In this document: piece by piece, positions 51,307 through 61,746 of the stretch
Layout: every line of letters starts with the position of its first letter
Numbering within the stretch: the stretch's first letter is position 1
Origin: Candidatus Poribacteria bacterium
Lineage (GTDB): Bacteria; Poribacteria; WGA-4E; PCPOR2b
DNA length: 64,000 nucleotides
Direction: 5' to 3'
NCBI GenBank assembly: GCA_965208675.1
Contig: OZ242351.1
Span: 128,001 to 192,000 of the forward strand
Translations under genes and position numbers: made by a program
The notes under the pieces: generated by a model
The model's database searches: none
The model's input: only the letters and a program-made list of their open reading frames with translations
What the model was told of the DNA's origin: nothing

Positions 51307-52242
51307 TTGCCAGCGTATAAGCGGTTCATCATTGCCGTTATTCTATGTACGATGTTACAGCCGTGGACCGTCGCTGAAGGCGCGGACATACACCCAAACG
51401 CCGGGACAAGAGCCATGCCGTTTCTGAAAATCGGCATTGGGGCGCGAGCTATCGGCATGGGGGAATCCCAAGTCGCTGACGCAAGCGACCTTTACGCGTC
51501 GTATTGGAATCCGGCGGGCCTCGCTCGCGTTAAACGTCCGCAGATAGGCTTGATGCACAATGAATGGTTTGAAGGCATTAACCACGAGTTCTTTGGCTTT
51601 GTTCAACCCATCGGTGATACGGGCGCGTTCGGCGGCAGTGCAATCTTCCTCGATTTTGGCGAACTGCAAGGGCGTGACGCGAGCGGCAACGAAACGAAAA
51701 AGTTCCGTCCCTACGATCTCGCGCTCGTTCTCTCCTATGCCCGCCAGTTCGCATCTGCGATTTCGGTCGGAGTCAATGGAAAATGGATTCGGGAGCAAAT
51801 TGACGACACAAACGCCCAAGTCATCGCATTCGACGTGGGGGGATTATATACCGTTCCCAAGAGACCTCTCACCTTCGGGTTGAACATTCAACACCTCGGC
51901 GGCAAAGTGAAGTTTGTCGAGGAATCCTTTAATCTGCCGGTCAACATAAAGGCGGGTGCGGCTTATAAATTGCTCGACGATGCGTTCACCGTTGCCGCTG
52001 ATGTGAATCGCCCCTCTGACAATGATATCACGCTCGGATTCGGAACTGCACTCACGGTATCTCAACTGCTTCATCTGCGCACCGGTTACAAACACACCGT
52101 CGGCGGAAACGACTTGGGAGTATCATCGGGAATTACCGCTGGCATTGGATTTAGTATTGCGGGATTCCAGCTTGATTACGCCTTTGTCTCATACGGAAAC
52201 CTCGGACCGACCCATCGATTTTCGCTCATCTTAAATTTCTAA
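51307..52242 (+). CDS. PorV/PorQ-family outer-membrane beta-barrel protein
   Basis: Signal peptide; FLKIGIGARAIGMGE, YWNPAGL, LDYAF and HRFSL motifs; terminal Phe. Confidence 0.82.
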   Translation: MPAYKRFIIAVILCTMLQPWTVAEGADIHPNAGTRAMPFLKIGIGARAIGMGESQVADASDLYASYWNPAGLARVKRPQIGLMHNEWFEGINHEFFGFVQPIGDTGAFGGSAIFLDFGELQGRDASGNETKKFRPYDLALVLSYARQFASAISVGVNGKWIREQIDDTNAQVIAFDVGGLYTVPKRPLTFGLNIQHLGGKVKFVEESFNLPVNIKAGAAYKLLDDAFTVAADVNRPSDNDITLGFGTALTVSQLLHLRTGYKHTVGGNDLGVSSGITAGIGFSIAGFQLDYAFVSYGNLGPTHRFSLILNF

Positions 52243-52389
52243 GGATGCGGCACACCCAGTTTTCAGATGTTACCCCCAACTGACACCAATCGTCTGAATT
52301 TTCTAATCAGATCCATCCGGCGCCGTCGCTGATTTTCACGCCAGAAATGCGCCAAGTGGCGAGTCACCGCGCTAACTGAAAGACAGACA

Positions 52390-53220
52390 GTGTATCCAAC
52401 CATCATCGATCTCGGATCTATCCCGATTGGGCCGATTAACATTCCGCTGGCGATACATAGTTACGGGTTAATGTTGGCGGCAGCATTCCTGACTGTGATG
52501 TTCGTCACACAGCGGGAATTAGCGCGCAAGCAACTCGATCCGCAATTGGCGTCATCAGTTGTCTTTGCCAGCGCCGTCGGCGGTATCATCGGCGCAAAAC
52601 TCTACGCGGCGTTTGAGGATGGCAGTGTCTCCGTCAATGAACTGTTATCGACAAGCGGTTTAGTCTGGTACGGCGGAATGATGGGCGGCGCTGCGGCCGC
52701 ATTTTTCGTCCTGCATCGATCTACGAGTCCGACGCTTCCGGTGCTTGATGCATTCGCCCCTCTGTTTCTGCTTGGATACGGAATCGGGCGAATCGGTTGT
52801 TTTCTCGCCGGGGATGGCGATTACGGAGGACCCTCTGACCTGCCGTGGGCGATGGCGTTTCCGAACGGCACCGTGCCGACACATGAACTAGTTCATCCAA
52901 CACCGCTTTATGAAACCGGAATGTCGATTATCGGATTCGGTCTGCTGTGGAGGCTCCGCAAACAGAAGGAACAGACTCCAGGCTGGTTGACAGGCGGTTA
53001 TCTAATTTTGGCGGGGATTGAACGCTTCCTAGCCGAGTTTTGGCGAATCAACTCACCCGCTCTCCTCGGATTAACAACTGCCCAGTTTCTCAGTCTCGTG
53101 CTCGTTGGAATCGGGGGGTGGCTTGTCTACCGGGTTACGCATCGACGCGTCGCTGATGAAGCGGAGAATATCCCAACCCCTAACCCGCCGCGAAGAAAAC
53201 GCACGAGGCGAAGATCATAA
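52390..53220 (+). CDS. lgt: Prolipoprotein diacylglyceryl transferase
   Basis: SYGLM, GLVWYGG, GRIGCF, HPTPLYE and RFLAEFWR motifs. Confidence 0.93.
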   Translation: MYPTIIDLGSIPIGPINIPLAIHSYGLMLAAAFLTVMFVTQRELARKQLDPQLASSVVFASAVGGIIGAKLYAAFEDGSVSVNELLSTSGLVWYGGMMGGAAAAFFVLHRSTSPTLPVLDAFAPLFLLGYGIGRIGCFLAGDGDYGGPSDLPWAMAFPNGTVPTHELVHPTPLYETGMSIIGFGLLWRLRKQKEQTPGWLTGGYLILAGIERFLAEFWRINSPALLGLTTAQFLSLVLVGIGGWLVYRVTHRRVADEAENIPTPNPPRRKRTRRRS

Positions 53221-53235
53221 GAAAGCATTGCCGGC

Positions 53236-54498
53236 CTAATTTCGCACCTGCCCGTTACCGTAGATTATGTACTTGTAGCTCGTCAACCCTTCAAGCCCCA
53301 TTGGTCCGCGGCAGTGCAGTTTCTGGGTGCTAATGCCGACCTCCGCACCGAGGCCAAACTCATAACCGTCCGTGAATGCAGTACTCGCGTTGACGTAGAC
53401 GGCAGCCGAATCAACCTGCTTGAGGAATAGTTGCGCCGCGGCATAGTTTTCCGTGACAATCGAGTCCGAATGATGCGAACCGTAGGTTTCGATGTGTTGT
53501 ACAGCGTCGTCAAAGTCTGACACGATTCGGATTGACAAGATTTTATCGAGGTATTCTGTACGCCAATCATCCTCGGTCGCAGGAACCACGTCGGGACTCA
53601 CCCGCTGCGTCTTTTCACAGCCGCGAAGTTCCACGCCTTCGGCCGTAAACTTTTCGAACATTGGCGGGAGGAACTGCGGAGCGATTCGCTCGTGGACCAG
53701 CAGAGTTTCCATTGTGTTGCAGACAGCCACCTTGTATCCGACCTTTGCGTTGTAACAAATCTGCTCTGCCATGTCGGGATCAGCGGCTTCATCTACATAG
53801 ACGTGGCAGACGCCGTCCGCATGTCCGAGGACGGGGATCTCCGAATCCCGCATGAGAGACCGCACTAACTCATAGCTTCCGCGCGGAACAATTAGATCGA
53901 TGTGCTCCGGCAGCGCAATCATCTCTCGCACCGCCTGCCGATCCGTAATGTCTACAAACTGGACGACGTCTTTGATGCCTTCCCTTTCGGCAGTCTCGCT
54001 TAATATATTGGCAAGCGTCGTGTTTGAACGAATGGCTTCCGAGCCCCCGCGCAAAATTACGCCATTGCCGGATTTGACACACAAGGCTGACACCTCGACG
54101 GTGACGTCCGGACGCGACTCGTAAATTACCCCAACAACGCCGATCGGTACACGGACGGTCCCAATGCGCAGTCCATTGGGGCGTTCCCACATACGCGTCA
54201 TTTCGCCGATCGGGTCTGGTAGCCCGGCAACCTGCCTCAAATTATCGGCCATTCTTGCAATCTTCTCTTTGTCCACAAGCAGCCGCTTCATCAGCGGCTC
54301 TGCGAGTCCAGTCTTTTGCCCCTCCTCCAAGTCAATCTGATTGGCTTCTAAGATTTTATCTTTGAACGCTAAAATGCTATCCGCCATTGCCAACAGTGCG
54401 CTATTGCGCACATCAACAGAAGTGTTTGACAGGTGGCGCATGGCATTTCTAGCCCATTCCGCTTTCGACTGGATCATTTCCTGAACCGTCTGACCCAT
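53236..54498 (-). CDS. proA: Gamma-glutamyl phosphate reductase
   Basis: IYESRP, LRGGSEA, VYVNASTAFTDG and GISTQKLHCRGPMGL motifs; start ATG 54498 with AAGGAG SD. Confidence 0.96.
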   Translation of the reverse strand: MGQTVQEMIQSKAEWARNAMRHLSNTSVDVRNSALLAMADSILAFKDKILEANQIDLEEGQKTGLAEPLMKRLLVDKEKIARMADNLRQVAGLPDPIGEMTRMWERPNGLRIGTVRVPIGVVGVIYESRPDVTVEVSALCVKSGNGVILRGGSEAIRSNTTLANILSETAEREGIKDVVQFVDITDRQAVREMIALPEHIDLIVPRGSYELVRSLMRDSEIPVLGHADGVCHVYVDEAADPDMAEQICYNAKVGYKVAVCNTMETLLVHERIAPQFLPPMFEKFTAEGVELRGCEKTQRVSPDVVPATEDDWRTEYLDKILSIRIVSDFDDAVQHIETYGSHHSDSIVTENYAAAQLFLKQVDSAAVYVNASTAFTDGYEFGLGAEVGISTQKLHCRGPMGLEGLTSYKYIIYGNGQVRN

Positions 54499-54526
54499 GA
54501 AATTTTCTCCTTTCACGGTTCCTTTA

Positions 54527-55678
54527 TCAAAACAGGTTATCTCGATGAATCACCTCGTCATAGTGGTGATAGCCTAGAATCTTTTTTATTTCACTGGTGT
54601 GTTTACCCATTATTTGGGAAACTTCTAACTTACTATAATTCGCAAGCCCTCTAGCAAATTCATTCCCGTTTTCATCGTAGCAGGAAAGGGTGTCGCCGTA
54701 CTCAAAATCACCTTCTACGCGGCGCAAACCGGATGGAAGCAGACTCTTGTCGCGGTGGATTAGCGCGTCGCGGGCACCGTTATCGACGTACAGCGTTCCT
54801 CTGGGCAGGCGTGAATAAGCAATCCACCGTTTGCGGGCAGATATCCGCTGTTGCGGCAGAAACAGCGTGCCAATCTCCTCTCCCGCGAGAATACGACCGA
54901 CCACCGAGGGCTGGTTTCCGTTCGCAAGCACCAGAATCTCCCCAGATCCTGTCACAATTTCTGCTGCGCGCAACTTCGTAATCATGCCGCCGGTGCCGTC
55001 ACTGCTTCCCGCCCCGCCGGCAGAGCGCTGGAGTTTCTCCGTGATCGCTGGCACAACGCTGATAAACTCGGCGTTGGAATTTTTGCGGGGATCTTGCGTG
55101 TGAAAACCATCCTGATCCGATAGAATTATGAGCAACTCAGCCTCCGCGAGATTGGTCACTTGGGCTGACAGCGTGTCATTGTCGCCAAACTTAATCTCCT
55201 CCACAGCAACGGAGTCGTTTTCGTTTATAATTGGGATTGCGCCAAGTTGAAGCAGGGCACCCAGGGCGTCGCTTATGTGCGTGTAGCGCTCACGGTAACT
55301 AAAGTCGTCCTGAGTCAGCAACATCATCGCTGTGATTATGCCGTGCCGTTGAAACCGTTGTTCATAAGCGCGCATCAGGTGGTACTGTCCAACCGCTGCG
55401 GCCGCCTGTAAATTCGGAATCGTTTGCGGCCGCTGCCGGAAAAGCTTTCCCGTGCCCGCGGCGATTGCCCCCGACGACACGAGGATAATCTCTATCCCCT
55501 GCTGTTTCACCGATGCGAGATCGTCTACGAGGACATTAATGCGGCTCGGATTGAGAATGTAATTCTGGGAGATGACTCTGCTGCCAACTTTCACGACCAC
55601 CCGTTTGACGCGGGACAACAATTGACGCCTTTCAATCAGCGTCGCCCCCGTCGGGGCTGTATGTAAATTCGAATTCAT
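54527..55678 (-). CDS. proB: Glutamate 5-kinase
   Basis: VVKVGS, INENDSV, FGDNDTL, GTGGMITK motifs and C-terminal PUA domain. Confidence 0.96.
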   Translation of the reverse strand: MNSNLHTAPTGATLIERRQLLSRVKRVVVKVGSRVISQNYILNPSRINVLVDDLASVKQQGIEIILVSSGAIAAGTGKLFRQRPQTIPNLQAAAAVGQYHLMRAYEQRFQRHGIITAMMLLTQDDFSYRERYTHISDALGALLQLGAIPIINENDSVAVEEIKFGDNDTLSAQVTNLAEAELLIILSDQDGFHTQDPRKNSNAEFISVVPAITEKLQRSAGGAGSSDGTGGMITKLRAAEIVTGSGEILVLANGNQPSVVGRILAGEEIGTLFLPQQRISARKRWIAYSRLPRGTLYVDNGARDALIHRDKSLLPSGLRRVEGDFEYGDTLSCYDENGNEFARGLANYSKLEVSQIMGKHTSEIKKILGYHHYDEVIHRDNLF

Positions 55679-56942
55679 CTATTTTGACCGTATCTCCTGC
55701 TTGAGCGCCCGTTCTGTTAAGCGCGTTGATTACGCCCATCTTTTTGAGTTTCCGGTGAAGCAAAACAAGCGCCTGATCATTCTCCATATCTGTCATCAGT
55801 ACGGCGCGGTGCGGCTCCTCGCCGCGAACAACGAAACCGTCTTCTACTTTCAAGAGTTCAAATCTCCCGTTTTGAATGGGAAAGCTAGGCAACGAAATCA
55901 TATCGGATTCCACCGCGCCGCCGCTCTCCTGCCTTTCACGATTGCGTTCATGGATACGTTGGAGCCGTCCATACGCCGCACGAATTAACCCATCTACACC
56001 TTCTCCGGTAAGCGCTGAAATTGAAAAAATCCGTCGTTTACCAAAGTAATCCGTAATCTGTGGAAGAATGAGCTGTGCATTGGGCAAATCCGCTTTGTTG
56101 AGCGCGACTAACTGCGGCATTCGGACTAACCGCGGATTGTATAGTTCAAGCTCCTCGTTGAGTTGTTCATAGTCCTCAATTGGATCGCGACCGTCGACAG
56201 ATGCACAATCGATGACGTGGATGAGTAGTTTCGTGCGTTCGATATGCCGTAAGAAGTCGTGCCCCAACCCCGCGCCCGCGTGCGCCCCTTCGATGAGTCC
56301 GGGGATATCTGCAACCACAAAGTTTTGCGCCGCTCCGATACGCACAACCCCCAAGTTCGGCGCAAGCGTCGTAAACGGATAATTTGCGATTTTTGGCGTT
56401 GCGTCGGATACCCTTCCAAGCAGCGTCGATTTACCGGCGTTGGGAAATCCTACCAATCCAACCTCTGCAATAACTTTGACTTCCAGTTCAACACGCCGCG
56501 CTTCGCCCGGCTCACCCTTTTCCGCGACGCGCGGCGTTTGAAAGATGCTGCTCTTGAATCGCGCATTTCCCTTGCCGCCGACTCCGCCTCGCGCAACGAT
56601 GACCCGTTGGCCATGCCGTTTCAAATCGGCGAAATCATCGGTCATTTCAGGATCCCGGACGACCGTGCCGACTGGAACTTTTACAACGCGGTCATCCGCT
56701 TCCTTGCCGTGCCTGTGTTTTCCCCTGCCGTGTTGCCCATCGGGCGCCTTCTGGCGTGGTTGGTATCTGAGATCCAACAGTGTACTAAGTCCTTCTGCTG
56801 CTTCGAGAACCACACTTCCCCCACGCCCGCCGTCGCCGCCGTTCGGTCCCCCGCGCGGCACATACTTCTCCCTTCGGAAACTAATGCATCCGTTTCCGCC
56901 GTTTCCGCCCGCGACGTGAATCGTTGCTGTGTCTACGTTCAT
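55632..56942 (-). CDS. obgE: GTPase ObgE
   Basis: Gly-rich Obg fold, GFPNAGKST, YPFTT, DIPG, NKAD, C-terminal DUF1967; true start ATG 56942 (the 30-aa extension lies in repeats). Confidence 0.97.
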   Translation of the reverse strand: MNVDTATIHVAGGNGGNGCISFRREKYVPRGGPNGGDGGRGGSVVLEAAEGLSTLLDLRYQPRQKAPDGQHGRGKHRHGKEADDRVVKVPVGTVVRDPEMTDDFADLKRHGQRVIVARGGVGGKGNARFKSSIFQTPRVAEKGEPGEARRVELEVKVIAEVGLVGFPNAGKSTLLGRVSDATPKIANYPFTTLAPNLGVVRIGAAQNFVVADIPGLIEGAHAGAGLGHDFLRHIERTKLLIHVIDCASVDGRDPIEDYEQLNEELELYNPRLVRMPQLVALNKADLPNAQLILPQITDYFGKRRIFSISALTGEGVDGLIRAAYGRLQRIHERNRERQESGGAVESDMISLPSFPIQNGRFELLKVEDGFVVRGEEPHRAVLMTDMENDQALVLLHRKLKKMGVINALNRTGAQAGDTVKIDEFEFTYSPDGGDAD

Positions 56943-56966
56943 TGCTAAAACCTCTGAAGCGCCCCT

Positions 56967-57349
56967 CTGTAGGAGAGGCATCCCTGCCTCGACCATATTA
57001 TTATTGAGTCTGGGCGGAGCCGGTCTCGTCACAGTAAAATGTAGGTTGGGTTGAGCGGATAATTCCGATGTATTACCTAAGGCAATACGACGATATGAAT
57101 ATCAGACGATGCGATGACAGATATTATGTAGCGTAACCCAACAATCAACTGAGCGAATAGCGAAGGCGATAGTCTTCAGCGACATCAAAACTATCGCGCT
57201 CCCTGTTCAGTCGGTTGATTGCTCAACCTAATTTACAAGAACTAAGATTGACTATCTCTCAATGAATCAAGCACATCGGCCCCTGTAAGAGAGGCATCCC
57301 TGCCTCGACCATTTCTTATTGAGACTGGTGGCGGCGGGACTCGCCACAG
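56967..57349. repeat. REP mosaic: two ~70-bp direct repeats flanking other palindromic elements
   Basis: ctgtaggagaggcatccctgcctcgacc…cacag (56967-57034) and ctgtaagagaggcatccctgcctcgacc…cacag (57282-57349); gtaggttgggttg…taacccaac between them. Confidence 0.8.
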
Positions 57350-57441
57350 ATTGCAAAATTTCAGTAATTACAGTCTATAAAAAAAGCGGACAAAAACTGC
57401 AAAACCACTGTTTTGGCAGTACGATGAATCTGTAAAACAGC

Positions 57442-57591
57442 TAGGAGTTACGCAGTTGAACGTCCAAAGGTTCGTAGTAGGGCAATATATTGCCCGTTTC
57501 TACATAAAACAACATGTCAGGTCAAGGAAGTGAACGACCTGCCGGACGCGCAATAAATTGCGCAACTACAAGCTGCACTGCGTAAGTCCTA
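57442..57591. mobile_element. MITE-like element with 15-bp terminal inverted repeats enclosing a REP doublet
   Basis: TAGGAGTTACGCAGT … ACTGCGTAAGTCCTA (14/15 match); inner REPs at 57474-57496 and 57547-57569 match the RAYT-flanking REPs. Confidence 0.7.
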
Positions 57592-57608
57592 ACAACATCA
57601 AAATACAC

Positions 57609-57637
57609 AAGATATCACAGATACACCCGAAAGTCAA
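57609..57637 (-). promoter_or_regulatory. Candidate obgE-proBA promoter
   Basis: Minus strand TTGACT-17nt-TATCTT. Confidence 0.5.
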
Positions 57638-57707
57638 GCCGTTGCCATCTTCTCAATCGGAAAAGCAGTGTAAGATAGGTAGACCTTTTGACGCATCACC
57701 ATTTTGC

Positions 57708-57736
57708 TTGAAACTTGCCGCCTGCTTTGCTATGCT
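57708..57736 (+). promoter_or_regulatory. Candidate promoter for VOC-SDR operon
   Basis: TTGAAA-17nt-TATGCT. Confidence 0.5.
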
Positions 57737-57783
57737 ATCTCATCATCGGCACATGAACATAGCGGCTAGGCAGGAGGCGTCAC

Positions 57784-58263
57784 ATTATCGGCTCGGTAAA
57801 CATCCTTGATCACGTCTCAGTAACTGTAAGCGATATGGATCGGTCACTCGCGTTCTACCGAGATCTACTCGGACTCGAAGAAGTCGAGCGGCACCGGCTC
57901 GAAGGCGAAACCATCTCCGAAATGGCTGGCAAACCGGATGTGGTTATGCAGGTCGTACGGTTGCAAGCACCCGAAACCCCTGGGGTTTTGCTTGACCTGC
58001 AGCAATACATCACTCCCCAAGGCGAAAAATCTGACGCGCAGTTGGGTGACGTTGCTCATTCGCATTTTTGTTTCGGTGTACCGGACTTATTCGGAACCTA
58101 CACCTCGCTAAAAGCCAAAGGTGTCGAGTTCGTCTCGGAACCGGTTAATTTCGATCTCGAATGGGGTATCGTGCACGTGGTGTTCTTCAAGGATCCGGAC
58201 GGATTTGTTCTCGAACTGATGGAGTATCCAATCAAAAGAAAAGCATCGACCGATCAGCCGTAG
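57784..58263 (+). CDS. VOC/glyoxalase (methylmalonyl-CoA epimerase-like) protein, probable ATT start
   Basis: The metal-ligand motif DHVSVTVSD lies upstream of ATG 57835; AGGAGG SD 6 nt before ATT 57784; FKDPDG..LEL motif. Confidence 0.85.
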   Translation: MIGSVNILDHVSVTVSDMDRSLAFYRDLLGLEEVERHRLEGETISEMAGKPDVVMQVVRLQAPETPGVLLDLQQYITPQGEKSDAQLGDVAHSHFCFGVPDLFGTYTSLKAKGVEFVSEPVNFDLEWGIVHVVFFKDPDGFVLELMEYPIKRKASTDQP

Positions 58264-58277
58264 TGCGGAGATAACTC

Positions 58278-59075
58278 ATGCCCAAGTACGATTTAGATGG
58301 ACAAGTAGCGGTGGTAACGGGCGCCGGACGTGGGATTGGCCGCGCCATTGCACTGCGCTTCGCCAAAGAAAAGGTGCGTGTAACTGCCGCCGACATCAAC
58401 TATGAAAACGCACAAGGTGTCGTCCAAGAAATCGAGGCGATGGGCGGTAAGGCAATGCCGCTCAAAGTGGATGTGACTTGCAAAGACGACACTGAACAGA
58501 TGGTTAGCCGGACGGTTGAACGATTCGGGCGGTTAGACATCTTGGTCAATAACGCCGGAATCGGCGTCATCGCCCCGCTATTGGACACCGGCGAGGAAGC
58601 CTGGGATGCGCTCATGAACGTCAATGCTAAGGGCGTTCTCCTCTGCTCGCAAGCCGCGGCGCGGCACATGATTGAACAGGGCAGCGGCGGCCGCATCATC
58701 AACAACGCCTCCGGCGCCGGCAAAATTGCGACTGGCAAAGATATTCCGCTTGGCGCTTACGCCGCCAGCAAGCATGCCGTGGTTGCACTGACCAAGCAGA
58801 TGGGGTTGGAATTGTCGTCGCACGGGATTCTTGTCAACTGCGTGTGCGCCGGCATTGTGGACACGCCGATGTGGGATCTGATCGACCGTGAGGTGGCGGC
58901 GTTGCAAGGTGCGCCGCTAGGGTCGGTAAAGGCAAGCGCCGTCGATCGGATACCGCTTGGTCGCATCGAAAAGCCGGAGGATGTCGCCAACATGGTCGCC
59001 TTCCTCGCCTCCGCCGATGCCAGCTACATTACCGCGCAAGCGCTAAACGTTTGCGGCGGCATGCTCCCCTATTAA
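58278..59075 (+). CDS. Short-chain dehydrogenase/reductase
   Basis: TGAGRGIG, NNAG and YAASK motifs. Confidence 0.93.
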   Translation: MPKYDLDGQVAVVTGAGRGIGRAIALRFAKEKVRVTAADINYENAQGVVQEIEAMGGKAMPLKVDVTCKDDTEQMVSRTVERFGRLDILVNNAGIGVIAPLLDTGEEAWDALMNVNAKGVLLCSQAAARHMIEQGSGGRIINNASGAGKIATGKDIPLGAYAASKHAVVALTKQMGLELSSHGILVNCVCAGIVDTPMWDLIDREVAALQGAPLGSVKASAVDRIPLGRIEKPEDVANMVAFLASADASYITAQALNVCGGMLPY

Positions 59076-59111
59076 ACCCATTCCCCGCCGCGGAACGATT
59101 TCGGGCTGATG

Positions 59112-61645
59112 TTATTCCTCCAAATCAATCTCTAATTGCACAAACGCCTCTCTGATTTTATCCTCGTACTCTTGATTCGAAATCTGCCCTCCTGTAGCTG
59201 ACAGTTCGATTTGAAGGTTGTCGAATTTCGCTTGCAGCAGGTTCATCACGCCCATAATTCCTGACACCTTTCCTTTTGGAATATTGAACTTCAGTTGCAC
59301 ATTGTTGCGTCCATCCGGCTTTGGTTCTGGGTTCGGTGGTTTAGGGACAGGGTCAGGTCTTGGCGGAACTGGATCAGGCGGTGGTTGTTCATCATCCGGT
59401 TTTGTTTCCTTCAGACGGATGCAGACCGTATCGCGGATAATCACTTCGTTTCCAGCAAAGGCAACGGAGCCGGGACGCTCTTTGAAATATAGGCAGTCAG
59501 GCTCCCCATCCTGCAACCCACCGAGACCGAACATGCCTTTTTCAACACCTTCACGGATGCCGGACTCCCACACCGATTTGCTGATGATTCTCAGGCTGCC
59601 GGGGGTTTTCGCGCCAGACTGAAACAACTGTTCAGTGGAAACATAATCATTCGTGCCGAGATAGCGTTCTCTGAGAAGCAGCGGGGCAATCTGTTCCAAA
59701 ATTTCCCCGTCAGACCGCAGTTTCTCATAAACAACTTCATCAAGTTTCTTTGTCGCGCCGTAAGTTGGCACACCCAAATCCGTCTCCTTCAAGCCCTCTT
59801 TTGTCGGGATGAATAGGGTCCGGTAGTAGCGGCGCAGCATATCGTCCAAGCTGTTTTCCGCGGTTCTCAAACCGTCGCGAATCTCCTTCCGTTGCTCGTC
59901 GGAGAGATTCAATGTAACGTCCGTCTTGTTTAGGGCGCGGTAGGCAATCGTCTTTTTCAGTTGATTGTAGAACCCGCTCCGCTCGTGCGCCAGTGTCGTC
60001 AGAAAGAAAAGCGTGTTTCGATTGACTCTCGGGCTATTTCCCTTCGTTTCTAGCATCGTGTTCATCAGGGAACGGTCAGGCTGCTTCAGAATTACCAGTT
60101 TCAAATCAGCGTTGTCTGTAACCTCGGATGCGTCTTTCGGCCAAATCGACGTATTGAACCGTCCAACTGATAAATTCCTTTTGACCAAAGACTCCTCAAA
60201 CTCGTTGATTTCCGATTCCCTGATATTCTCCATGCGGGTCAGTAGAAGTCGGTTGAGGTTGGGCTGGTTGCTGAAATAGAATTTTTCACCCTCGTGTCGA
60301 AGGTAAAACAGCTTGTTTTGCAAATCGTTGGCGGCTTCGGTGACAACGCTAGACGGAATCCCCGTATTCACCGTATTGCGCTTGATTTCTCCGCGAGTCG
60401 CTCCCTGTTCAACGATGCCGCCCGAAAAGGAATACAGAAACACAGTCGTCGCGGCACGGCTACCAAGTTTGAGTCCCTTGTAGGCATCGCCAAGACCGAG
60501 ATCGGCCTTTTTCGCCCCGACTCCTCCCCCGTTATGTCCGCGGATATGATGCTGTCGAACTCGGGCCCGATGTGCTTAATCAACTCCCGTCGAATTTCCT
60601 GATCGCTCAAATCAAAGTCGCCGAGACTGATATATGGGATTGACCTCTCTTTAAGGGCACCGATGACGAGCGACAACAGCCGCAACACCCCCCGTGTGCG
60701 CTGGAAATTCGGGTAACTGCCCCACCGCTGATAGAGGACATCAATGGCTTCCGGTTGAAACGGATAGGCGGCTTCAAACCGTTTTCGGTATTCTGACGGT
60801 TCAGTGCCGGCGGGCAAAATGGATTCCTTGTCGGCGTAGTTCATAAAATCCTGAATCGCTTCAGCCGCGCCCTTCATATCAATCTGCGAGAAAAGCCGCC
60901 GCCGAATGACATCTGTAATCTCATGCTCTTGCACCGGCGTGTAAATCTTTTCCACCCGCCCTACAACATGTTGGAGCTGTTCGAATAGCTTTTCGGCTCC
61001 CTCGCCGAAGTGTTCCATCCCGCTTGACGGTAGCGTGATAACCAGTGCTATCTTCTCTAACGTACGAGCGGCTTCGGTAAACTCCTGCATAAAGGCAAGT
61101 GTCTGAGCGGACAGCGTACTGTCTTCGACGCGGACGCTATCGGCTTTGGTCATATATTCCAGCAACTCGTCCATCAAGATGAGCGCCGGTTGATTCGCCT
61201 CAAGCAGCTCGTAAATCGCATCTCTACCCGGAGCCGTAAACCCGTCAAACCGTGCTACGCTTCCCGCCAATTGGGACTCTAGCGCTCCCCAAAGTGTGTC
61301 TCGGCCGCTCATCGGTGTTCCGACAATCACGGCACGGGAGACATTCCAATCACTTGCTCTGTGATACATCGCAATCAGGGCGTGGGTCTTGCCGCCGCCG
61401 AAGGGGGTCTGAAGTTGAATCACCGGATCGCCGCCGCGTCCATCTAACCGACCTTCCACAACCGAAAGCAGGTGCTTGAGCCCATCCGTCTGATACGTTT
61501 TCTCGAAAAACTGCACGGCATCCTTGTATTCGTCCGGTCCGCGATTCTTGAACACCTCCCACAAATCCGCCGCGAAAACGTCCTGCGTGAGTCTTCCTTC
61601 TAGAATATCGCTGTGGGGTACGGCAATTGTGTGGAATGGAGTCAT
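59112..61645 (-). pseudogene. DUF499 AAA+ ATPase of a restriction-like defence system, split by a single frameshift
   Basis: FAADL, LQTPFGGGKTH (Walker A), ILMDE, YPFQPE and FQRTRGVLRLL motifs; frames join near 60508-60518 (ITGEESG/AKKADLGLGDAY). Confidence 0.85.
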
Positions 61646-61746
61646 TTACATTTCTCCCTGATGATCTGTTCAATCTCCATCTTCAACTTAGGAATATTAG
61701 ATTGCAGGACGAAACCTCGGAGGTAGCATTTATATTCTAGCGACAT
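61642..61746 (-). pseudogene. Internally deleted HEPN (DUF86/HepT-like) toxin remnant, 34 aa
   Basis: MSLEYKCYLRG-FVLQSNIPKLKMEIEQIIREKCK*: DUF86-like N- and C-terminal ends fused, no RxxxxH; overlaps the MNT stop and couples to DUF499 by ATGA. Confidence 0.65.

Noticed and set aside
56259-56948. 229-aa plus-strand ORF and the many other antisense ORFs in the track
   Set aside because: They are shadow frames of well-supported genes on the opposite strand.
56943-57032. 30-aa N-terminal extension of ObgE
   Set aside because: It lies in a REP direct repeat; the canonical start MNVDTA has its own SD.
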